Shown in pieces: positions 1-7,238 of a DNA stretch of 32,000 bases. Location of the stretch: positions 1,830,001 to 1,862,000 of the forward strand of contig NC_014729.1 of NCBI RefSeq assembly GCF_000172995.2, read 5' to 3'. Position 1 is the stretch's first letter. Each line of letters begins with the position of its first letter. The stretch is from Halogeometricum borinquense DSM 11551 (GTDB lineage: Archaea > Halobacteriota > Halobacteria > Halobacteriales > Haloferacaceae). The position numbers and the translations under genes are program-made. Under the pieces are notes generated by a model. It searched no databases and was not told where the DNA came from. It saw only the letters and a program-made list of their open reading frames with translations.

Positions 1-17
1 GCCCCGACCACCCATTC

Positions 18-728
18 ATGCCGGACGACGCACTCGGCACGGCGATGTGGGACTATCTCAACGGCGACTACGACGGGTCGTGCGTCCACCACGATCCCCG
101 GACGGGAGAGAGATGGGACGCGAACGTCGAGGAGTTCTACTTCGTGACGTACGACGAGTGGCCCGCCGAGACGCAAGCGTTCGTCGATAGCCTCCGGACA
201 CCCCTCGTAGACGTTGGCTGTGGGGCCGGGAACCACGCTCGTGTCGTACAGAACCGTGGGGACGTTGTCGCGTTCGACGCGAGTCCGATGGCCGTTCGGA
301 CGGCCCGCGCCCGCGGGGTGGACGCCTTCGTCGCGGATATGTTCGCCCCGCCCGTCGCCGACGACGGATTCGAGACGGCACTGGTGAATGGAACGCAGGC
401 GACGTTGGCGCAGTCGGAGGCAGAACGCCGCGACTTTCTCTGCGAACTCGCGCGCGTTACCACGGCGACGGGCGAAGCGTGGATAGACTCGTACGACCCC
501 GATCGGGCCGACGAATCCCACGGACACCGACGAACCGACGAACCCGGCATCGGCAGTCGGCAGTTCCGCGTCGAGTACCGCGGACGCGACTTGGTCGGCC
601 CGCTCCTTCAGTTCCGGACGTTCTCTCCCGAAACGCTCCGCGACGCCTGCGACGGGACGCCGTGGACTCCCACGGGCGTTACCTACCGCGGCGACGTGGG
701 GTACTACAAGGCGCGACTGCGGAAGTGA
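18..728 (+). CDS. class I SAM-dependent methyltransferase
   Basis: SAM-binding motif I VDVGCGAGNH followed by VVAFD (acidic motif II). ATG start at 18. High GC3 frame. Confidence 0.75.
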   Translation: MPDDALGTAMWDYLNGDYDGSCVHHDPRTGERWDANVEEFYFVTYDEWPAETQAFVDSLRTPLVDVGCGAGNHARVVQNRGDVVAFDASPMAVRTARARGVDAFVADMFAPPVADDGFETALVNGTQATLAQSEAERRDFLCELARVTTATGEAWIDSYDPDRADESHGHRRTDEPGIGSRQFRVEYRGRDLVGPLLQFRTFSPETLRDACDGTPWTPTGVTYRGDVGYYKARLRK

Positions 729-735
729 CTGTGTC

Positions 736-2892
736 TTACTCGTCCTCGCCAGCGACGGCGTCGAGGGCGGCCTCGAAGTGTTCCTGCGTCACCAGAATCT
801 CGTCGGCGTGTTCGTTCGCCGCCGCACCCTCGTAGGCGTCCGCTATCGCTTCGATAGCCCGCATCGTCGCGTCGCGGCAGACGGCTTGGATGTCAGCACC
901 GGATAGGCCGTCCATGTGCGCGGCGAGTTCGTCCAAGTCAACGTTGTCTCCGAGCGGTTTCTCCTTCGTGTGGACCTCGAGGATAGCCCGCCGCGCGTCC
1001 ACGTCGGGTTGCGGAACGAGGACGTGCGACTCCAGACGACCGGGTCGGAGAAGAGCGGGATCGAGCGTCTCCTTCCGGTTTGTCGCCGCGAGGACGACGA
1101 CGTTGGGGTTGTCCACGAGGCGATCCAATTCTGTCAGGAGTTGCGAGACGACGCGTTCACCGACGCCCGAATCCGATCCCATCGCATCGCGGTTGGTCGC
1201 TATCGCGTCGATTTCGTCGAAGAAAACGATGGCAGGTGCGGCCTGTCGCGCACGTTCGAACACCTCGCGGACGGACTTTTCTGACTCGCCGACGTAGCGG
1301 TCCAGCAACTCCGGTCCGGCGACATGAATGAAGTTCACTTCGCTCTCGCCCGCGATTGCCCGCGCGAGAAGGGTTTTCCCCGTCCCCGGCGGGCCGTGCA
1401 GAAGGACGCCCGACGGCGGCGACGTGTTCGCTGCCTCGAACAGCGGCGCGTAGGTGAGCGGCCACGTCACGGACCGTTCGAGCGTTCGCTTTGCTTCCTC
1501 CAGACCGCCCACGTCGTCGAACGTCGTCGTCGGCGCTTCCGCAACGTACTCGCGCATCGCGGAGGGTTCGACGCTCGCCATCGCCGTCTCGAAGTTTTCG
1601 CGGGAGACTTCCAACTCCGTGAACGACACCGACTCGCCGCCGCCGCGGCGTGCGCGTCGGAGGGCAGTCATCGCGGCTTCCTTCGCCAGCGACTCCAAGT
1701 CGGCACCGACGAACCCGTGCGTTCGCGCGGCGAGGCGGTCCATATCCACGTCGTCGGCGAGCGGCATCCGCCGGGTGTGGACTTCGAGAATCTCACGGCG
1801 GCCCACCTCGTTTGGCACGCCGATTTCGATTTCGCGGTCGAATCGGCCGCCGCGTCGGAGAGCGGGGTCTAAGGAATCGACGCGGTTGGTCGCGCCGATG
1901 ACGATAACGTCCCCGCGGGCGTCCAAGCCGTCCATCAGACTGAGCAGTTGGCCGACGACGCGGTTCTCTACGTCGCCGCCGTCATCTCGCTTCGTCGCTA
2001 TCGAGTCGATTTCGTCGAAGAAGATGATCGCCGGCGCGTTCGTCCGCGCTTCCTCGAACTTCTCTCTGAGTTTTTCTTCCGACTCGCCCTTGAACTTCGA
2101 CATGATCTCCGGGCCGGAGATGGTGATGAACGTCGCGTCAACCTCGGTGGCGACGGCTTTGGCGATGAGCGTCTTCCCCGTCCCCGGCGGGCCGTGCAGG
2201 AGGACACCTTTCGGTGGGTCAACCCCGAGGTGGGCGAATACTTCGGGTTCCGAGAGGGGGAGTTCGATCATCTCGCGGACGAGGTCTAACTCCTCGTCCA
2301 GTCCGCCGATGTCTTCGTAGGTGACGCCGGTTGGCTTGTCGGAGTCGCCGTCTCCGCCGCCGGAAACGCTCGTGACGACGCGACTCACGGTTCCCTGTTT
2401 GGCGAGTTTCAGGCGCGTGGAGGAGGTGACGCGCACCATGCCGTCCGGGGACGTCTCGCTGATGACGAACGGATCTGCACTCAGCGATTCGAAACGAATC
2501 TGTCCGCCCGACTGGATGGGTCGATCTTGAATCGCTCGCTTGATGAGTTCGACCGCCCTGTCGTCGTCGGAGAACGCAACGTCGTCTGGCATCGACAGCG
2601 TCACCGACCGAGCGTCCTCGACATCGACTTTTCGGACGTGAACCGTTTCACCGATCTTCGCGTCGGCGTTCGCTCGCGTGTCGGCGTCGATGAGAACGAC
2701 GCCATCGGGAGTACCGCCGTCCGCGGGCCACACTTTTGCAACTGTTTCGCGGGAACCTTCGACGACCACCGTATCACCGCTGAGGACGCCGAGACGCTGC
2801 CGCGCCGACTCGGGGAGGCGGGCGATCCCCCGACCGGCGTCTCGCTTCTCTGCGCCCCGAACGGTGAGTTCGAGGCCCTCGTCGTCTGCCAT
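736..2892 (-). CDS. cdc48: CDC48/VCP-type AAA+ ATPase (two AAA modules)
   Basis: 718 aa. N-domain followed by two AAA cassettes, each with Walker A GPPGTGKT and Walker B (IIFFDEIDS and IVFFDEIDA). Second-region-of-homology arginines are present. Confidence 0.95.
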   Translation of the reverse strand: MADDEGLELTVRGAEKRDAGRGIARLPESARQRLGVLSGDTVVVEGSRETVAKVWPADGGTPDGVVLIDADTRANADAKIGETVHVRKVDVEDARSVTLSMPDDVAFSDDDRAVELIKRAIQDRPIQSGGQIRFESLSADPFVISETSPDGMVRVTSSTRLKLAKQGTVSRVVTSVSGGGDGDSDKPTGVTYEDIGGLDEELDLVREMIELPLSEPEVFAHLGVDPPKGVLLHGPPGTGKTLIAKAVATEVDATFITISGPEIMSKFKGESEEKLREKFEEARTNAPAIIFFDEIDSIATKRDDGGDVENRVVGQLLSLMDGLDARGDVIVIGATNRVDSLDPALRRGGRFDREIEIGVPNEVGRREILEVHTRRMPLADDVDMDRLAARTHGFVGADLESLAKEAAMTALRRARRGGGESVSFTELEVSRENFETAMASVEPSAMREYVAEAPTTTFDDVGGLEEAKRTLERSVTWPLTYAPLFEAANTSPPSGVLLHGPPGTGKTLLARAIAGESEVNFIHVAGPELLDRYVGESEKSVREVFERARQAAPAIVFFDEIDAIATNRDAMGSDSGVGERVVSQLLTELDRLVDNPNVVVLAATNRKETLDPALLRPGRLESHVLVPQPDVDARRAILEVHTKEKPLGDNVDLDELAAHMDGLSGADIQAVCRDATMRAIEAIADAYEGAAANEHADEILVTQEHFEAALDAVAGEDE

Positions 2893-2999
2893 GGCGTCGG
2901 CTTCGAGTCCCCCGGTCTTGATAGTAGCGTCTGCGATGACACCCGCGCCCGATACCGATTGGCAGAACTGTTATGGGCTATGGTAGCACACCACCACAT

Positions 3000-3137
3000 A
3001 TGGTGTCCACCACGCAGAAGGACGATGCGGAATGGTTCCGCTGTGAGGAGTGCGGCTTGCTGTTCGACTCCGAAATCGACGCCACGACGCACGAGCGCAA
3101 CTGCGACGGTGAGGACGGCCCGTCGTATCTCCAGTAG
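3000..3137 (+). CDS. small zinc-finger protein (C-x2-C-x12-H-x3-C), 45 aa; alternative in-frame ATG at 2973 gives 54 aa
   Basis: My translation: MVSTTQKDDAEWFRCEECGLLFDSEIDATTHERNCDGEDGPSYLQ*. Strong GC3 bias. Below the length cutoff of the supplied ORF track. Divergent from cdc48. Confidence 0.55.
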   Translation: MVSTTQKDDAEWFRCEECGLLFDSEIDATTHERNCDGEDGPSYLQ

Positions 3138-3158
3138 GTGGAAGTCACTCGTCGTAGG

Positions 3159-3389
3159 CTACAGGTCGTCGAGGAGTCTGTCGGCGTGGTCGCGCGATTG
3201 CGCCCGCTTCCAGCGGACCTTCGACGCCTCGCCGTACGAGAGTTCCTCCCGCAGTTCGTCGGGCAAAAATCCGGCAGTTGCGCGGAGAACGTCGCCCTCG
3301 TCGTCGCCGAACTCGATGACGCCGTACGCGTCCGGTGCCGACCCGATAGTCGCTCGTTCGAGCGGTCGCCAGCGCTTTCGGAGCGACAT
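3159..3389 (-). CDS. hypothetical protein (76 aa from ATG at 3389; 77 aa if GTG at 3392)
   Basis: The start overlaps the stop of the upstream 142-aa gene (minus strand GTGATG: stop TGA and start ATG share one base). Acidic composition is typical of haloarchaeal proteins. No motif recognised. Confidence 0.55.
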   Translation of the reverse strand: MSLRKRWRPLERATIGSAPDAYGVIEFGDDEGDVLRATAGFLPDELREELSYGEASKVRWKRAQSRDHADRLLDDL

Positions 3390-3817
3390 CACTCGGTTAC
3401 GAACTCGTAGGACGACTCGCCCCAGTCGTCCTCCTCGAAGACGAACACGCGGCCGCGGGCCACCTCGGGGTCCGCCTCGATTTCGGTCCGCATCCCTTCG
3501 GTCCGGCGGACACTGACGCCCGGAAACAGTTCCTCTTCCTCGCCCGCGTCCAAGATGACGCGGCCGACGCCGGTCGATTCGAGGATGTCGTCGTGCGTCT
3601 TCAGGTCGTTCACGTACATCATCACACCCTCCGTCTCCGTCGGGTCCGTCACGAGGACGTGCGTCTCCTTTCCAGGAGCCGTAGTGAGCGTCCCCGTCAC
3701 CGTCTCTGGCACGCCGTGGTAGAGAGTCGTCCGCCCGTCGGTGTACTCGACCTGCACCCCGTGGTCGAGGAGTTCGACGCCGAGTGTACTCGGCGGTACG
3801 TCGTTTCGCGCGCTCAT
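3389..3817 (-). CDS. conserved-looking hypothetical protein, 142 aa, beta-rich acidic
   Basis: ATG start, good GC3 and an acidic haloarchaeal composition. No catalytic motif recognised. Translationally coupled to the downstream 76-aa ORF. Confidence 0.7.
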   Translation of the reverse strand: MSARNDVPPSTLGVELLDHGVQVEYTDGRTTLYHGVPETVTGTLTTAPGKETHVLVTDPTETEGVMMYVNDLKTHDDILESTGVGRVILDAGEEEELFPGVSVRRTEGMRTEIEADPEVARGRVFVFEEDDWGESSYEFVTE

Positions 3818-3906
3818 GGGTCGAGATTACGCCGGTGCGGTGAAAAGGGACGCGATACGCGCGGTCGAACCGGTGCCGATTTGTCTCTCGCCTGCGGCCG
3901 AGAGAT

Positions 3907-4380
3907 ATGGACGCGACGCCGGTATCCGACGTCGAATCGATGCTCTCCTACGACGAACTCGCCGTTGGCGATACGTTTGAGGCGGGTGAGACGACGCTGA
4001 CGGAGGACGAAATCACCTCGTTCGCGGGCGAGTACGACCCACAACCGTTCCATCTCGACCACGAAGCGGGCGAAGAGTCGATGTTCGGCGGTCTCGTCGC
4101 AAGCGGCCTCCACACTTACTGTACCTGCAACCGACTGGCGACCGAGGCGTTCTTCTCGCGCGTTGCCTTCATGGGCGGCCGCGGCGTAGACGAGTTACGG
4201 TGGCAGCGACCAGTTCGCCCCGGGGATACACTCTCTGCGGCCGTCGAAGTCACCGAGAAGCGCGTCTCCGAGTCGAACCCCGAACGTGGCTACGTGAACG
4301 TGGACGTGACCGGGATGAACGCCGAGGGTGAGACGGTCATCACGTGGACCGTCTTGGGGATGATTCGGCGCGCTGAGTAA
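3907..4380 (+). CDS. MaoC-like (R)-hydratase / hot-dog fold dehydratase
   Basis: FAGEYDPQPFHLDHEAGEESMFGGLVASGLHT matches the MaoC dehydratase signature region. 157 aa is the typical single hot-dog size. Confidence 0.85.
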   Translation: MDATPVSDVESMLSYDELAVGDTFEAGETTLTEDEITSFAGEYDPQPFHLDHEAGEESMFGGLVASGLHTYCTCNRLATEAFFSRVAFMGGRGVDELRWQRPVRPGDTLSAAVEVTEKRVSESNPERGYVNVDVTGMNAEGETVITWTVLGMIRRAE

Positions 4381-4396
4381 AGCGGGCGACTGCTCC

Positions 4397-4450
4397 GAAG
4401 ACCGAATCGGGTAACTGTGACTCGAAGACTGAAGCGGGTAACTGTGACTC
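4397..4450. repeat. 27-bp tandem repeat, 2 copies (25/27 identical), plus a degenerate partial copy upstream from about 4379
   Basis: GAAGACCGAATCGGGTAACTGTGACTC / GAAGACTGAAGCGGGTAACTGTGACTC, read directly. Lies just after the MaoC stop codon. Confidence 0.85.
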
Positions 4451-4552
4451 GACACTGGAGCAAGGGACCGATACCAATGACTGTGTGAAATAGACACAGG
4501 CTAATACGGCGGGGACCGCTACATCTTTGCCTCCGCTCGATTCCGTACTGAT

Positions 4553-5452
4553 ATGCACGGCCGCGCAGTCGCACTCGGAGCGGGGACGATTCTGAACGCC
4601 CTCTCGACGGGCGTCGGGTCAGCCTTCGCCATCGACGCAGAGACGACGGCAACGGTCGAACTCGACGACTCGGAGTCCGTTCGCGGGTCCGTGGCTGAGG
4701 ACGCCGACGCCGACACCCGTCTCATCGAGCGATGCGTCGAACTCGCGGTCGAACGGTACGGCGACGACGAGTACGGCGGCACGGTCCGCACGGAAAGCGA
4801 CGTTCCGATGGCCGCCGGTCTGAAGAGTTCCAGTGCGGCCGCGAACGCGACGGTTCTCGCCACCGCCGACGCGCTCGGTGTCGAACCCGACCGAGAAGAG
4901 GCTTGCCGCCTCGGCGTCCAAGCCGCCCGCGACGTTGGCGTCACGATAACGGGCGCGTTCGACGACGCCTCGGCGTCGATGCTCGGCGGCGCGACAGTGA
5001 CGAACAACGACGACGACGAACTCCTCTCGCGGGAACCGGTCGAGTGGGACGTACTCGTCTGGACGCCGGACGAACGCGCCTACAGCGCCGATGCGGATGT
5101 CGAGTCCTGCGCCAATGTCGCCCCGATGGCCGAACTCGTCGCTGAACTCGCTCTCGACGGGCGCTACGCCGAGGCCATGACGGTCAACGGCCTCGCCTTT
5201 TCTGCGGCCTTGGACTTCCCTACTGACCCCGCCGTGGAGGCGATGCCGCACGCGGCGGGCGTCTCTCTTTCCGGTACCGGACCGAGTGTCGTCGCCGTCG
5301 CAGAGCGCGGGTCTGCGGCCCACCAGACGGAGTCCGGTGATGTTGACGACGGAGACGAGTCGCCGCTCAAACGCCTTCGAGACCTGTGGGCGAAGCGAGA
5401 CGGCAGGACGTGGCTGACCACGACACGAAACGACGGAGCATCTATCCGATGA
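4553..5452 (+). CDS. aroK: archaeal GHMP-type shikimate kinase
   Basis: GHMP phosphate-binding motif PMAAGLKSSSAAANA. N-terminal GAGTILNAL segment. ATGA overlap with the downstream chorismate mutase. Confidence 0.85.
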   Translation: MHGRAVALGAGTILNALSTGVGSAFAIDAETTATVELDDSESVRGSVAEDADADTRLIERCVELAVERYGDDEYGGTVRTESDVPMAAGLKSSSAAANATVLATADALGVEPDREEACRLGVQAARDVGVTITGAFDDASASMLGGATVTNNDDDELLSREPVEWDVLVWTPDERAYSADADVESCANVAPMAELVAELALDGRYAEAMTVNGLAFSAALDFPTDPAVEAMPHAAGVSLSGTGPSVVAVAERGSAAHQTESGDVDDGDESPLKRLRDLWAKRDGRTWLTTTRNDGASIR

Positions 5453-5769
5453 CACGAGACACGCACCCGACAAACGAGACGACCGAGAAACGCCCCGACG
5501 AGATGAGCCTCGACGAACTGCGCGATGAGATTGCGGACATCGACCGCGAGTTAGTCGAACTCATCGCCCGCCGAACGTACGTCGCCGACACCGTGGCGCG
5601 AGTAAAAGACGAACGCGACCTTCCGACGACTGACGAATCGCAAGAGGAAGTCGTGATGGAACGCGCTGGCGAAAACGCCGAACGCTTCGACGTGGACTCG
5701 AACCTCGTGAAAGCCATCTTCCGGTTGCTGATCGAGTTGAACAAAGTGGAGCAGCGCGAATCCCGCTGA
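5449..5769 (+). CDS. chorismate mutase (AroQ class, monofunctional), 106 aa
   Basis: LDELRDEIADIDRELVELIARRTYVADTVARVK is the typical first helix of CM type 2. I chose the ATG at 5449, which overlaps the aroK stop (ATGA), over the track start at 5386. Confidence 0.8.
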   Translation: MTRDTHPTNETTEKRPDEMSLDELRDEIADIDRELVELIARRTYVADTVARVKDERDLPTTDESQEEVVMERAGENAERFDVDSNLVKAIFRLLIELNKVEQRESR

Positions 5770-6018
5770 GCGGTCGTTTTGATACGCTCGCATTGCGGGC
5801 GCGAGTCCGCGGCCGAACTCCTCTCACGGAGCATCTGCGACGCCTGCTATCCCAGAAGGTGACTTGCCTCCGACGCGCACGACGACCGACCGCGCCGCGA
5901 AACGCAACACGAAGCGGTCGATGTAGTCGTCACCGGCTTCACCGCCTTCGGCGGCGTGTCGGTGTCGGACTAACTGGTCTTCGCCGCCAGCTATTTGATG
6001 AATAATTGAGGAGAATTA

Positions 6019-6025
6019 TTTTATA
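6019..6025 (+). promoter_or_regulatory. TATA-like box (TTTTATA) about 25 nt upstream of the 6047 ATG
   Basis: AT-rich element at the spacing expected for a leaderless haloarchaeal transcript. Confidence 0.4.
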
Positions 6026-6046
6026 CTGGTTCGATAATCTGACTGT

Positions 6047-6226
6047 ATGCGAACGAAACTCGCAGTCGGCGTCGGTATTGTCGTCGCCCTCGCTGGCGTC
6101 GCGTCTACGATGACGACTGGCGGCGAACTCTCGGAGGCTATTATGTGGGTCGTCTTCGCCATGGTTCCGGCCGCAATCGTCGCACTCGGTGGGATTCCGT
6201 CCGGATACTCTCACGACAGAGACTGA
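6047..6226 (+). CDS. small membrane protein, 59 aa, two predicted TM segments
   Basis: My translation: MRTKLAVGVGIVVALAGVASTMTTGGELSEAIMWVVFAMVPAAIVALGGIPSGYSHDRD*. TATA box at -25. Below the track cutoff. The antisense 127-aa track ORF looks spurious. Confidence 0.45.
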   Translation: MRTKLAVGVGIVVALAGVASTMTTGGELSEAIMWVVFAMVPAAIVALGGIPSGYSHDRD

Positions 6227-6268
6227 CACACCCGCCGACATCGGTTCCGTCTGCCGGCGTTGGTACTT

Positions 6269-6299
6269 CCTGCCAACACCTGCAACGCCTGCCAACACC
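6269..6299. repeat. 12-bp direct repeat CCTGCCAACACC x2 separated by 7 bp
   Basis: Read directly at 6269-6280 and 6288-6299, in the convergent gap between the small membrane ORF and surE. Confidence 0.6.
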
Positions 6300-6346
6300 A
6301 GCGCTGACAGTTCAGAGTCCAATTCTCCCGGCGTCTGCGACTGCTG

Positions 6347-7147
6347 TTACTCCGCTAGGTACGACTCAGCGAGCGAGTCGAGTGCGTCGTGGCGCTTCGT
6401 CGTGTGCGGGGCAGTCAGCGGTGATACCGATACCCGTCCGTCTACGATGGCGCGACGGTCGGTTCCCTGTGGGTCCGGGATGTCGCCGCTCTGCATCCGC
6501 TCCCAGATTCGGTCGTGAAGCGTGATACGTCCGTTCTCGTCGTCGTGCCGCGCTGTCATCGCGTACATTTTCGAGGGCGTCGTAATTTCGATTGGCGCTG
6601 GATCTTGGCCGTTCGGCATCGGCGCGTTGACGTTCAAGTACTCTGCTTCCTCGAAGACGCCCGCCTCCGGCGCGTTTTTGGCGAGATACGTCGCCGCATC
6701 TGCCGCGTGACGGTAATCCGCTATATCGTCGGCTTTCTCGGTCCACGGCACGTCGCCGCCGGGCGGAACGTACAGTGAGACGGCCATCGCCGGCACGTCG
6801 AAGAAGGCGGCTTCGACGGCCGCACTCACGGTTCCGGACCGACCGAGAACGTACGCGCCGATGTTCGCACCCTTGTTACACCCCGCGACGACCATATCCA
6901 CGTCGGGACAGAGCGCTTCCAGTCCGACGACAGTACAGTCTGCGGGTGTGCCGTCAATCGCGTAGCCTAATTCGTGTTCGGTCACATCCACATCGTTGGA
7001 CATCTTTCGACCCACGGCGCTTTGGTCGGCCGCGGGGGCGACGGCTGTCACGTCAGCGAACTGATCGAACGCTTCGTACAGCGCTCGAAAGCCGGTACTC
7101 TCGATACCGTCGTCGTTCGTCAGGAGGATAGAGAACGCGTCGTCCAT
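6347..7147 (-). CDS. surE: 5'/3'-nucleotidase SurE
   Basis: N-terminal ILLTNDDGIES signature. 266 aa. Confidence 0.9.
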   Translation of the reverse strand: MDDAFSILLTNDDGIESTGFRALYEAFDQFADVTAVAPAADQSAVGRKMSNDVDVTEHELGYAIDGTPADCTVVGLEALCPDVDMVVAGCNKGANIGAYVLGRSGTVSAAVEAAFFDVPAMAVSLYVPPGGDVPWTEKADDIADYRHAADAATYLAKNAPEAGVFEEAEYLNVNAPMPNGQDPAPIEITTPSKMYAMTARHDDENGRITLHDRIWERMQSGDIPDPQGTDRRAIVDGRVSVSPLTAPHTTKRHDALDSLAESYLAE

Positions 7148-7238
7148 ACTCGTTCGTTCGGCGGACGGCGCAAATGTTTACCGCTCCATACAGTGCGGGT
7201 CGCCGTCGAGCGCGACGACGACGGGGAAAAATCGACGC

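Noticed and set aside
2527-3516. 329-aa plus-strand ORF spanning the cdc48 5' end, the zinc-finger ORF and the 76/142-aa genes. Similar Arg/Pro/Ser-rich alternate-frame ORFs are 8506-9165, 28659-29660, 28883-29536, 21916-22641 and 27106-27792.
   Set aside because: The sequences are extremely Arg/Ser/Pro-rich and of low complexity, typical of the wrong frame in high-GC coding DNA. They overlap several better-supported genes.
4397-4450. Possible CRISPR array (also considered for 13891-13934 and 6269-6299)
   Set aside because: There are only two to three directly abutting copies without unique spacers. The units are 12-27 bp, and no cas genes or leader are present. These are simple tandem or direct repeats.
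5996-6042. C/D-box sRNA-like pair: UGAUGA at 5996-6001 and CUGA at 6039-6042, about 47 nt apart
   Set aside because: There are no credible internal D'/C' boxes at 12-nt guide spacing and no terminal stem. The interval is the AT-rich TATA/promoter region of the 6047 ORF. The short motifs are expected by chance.
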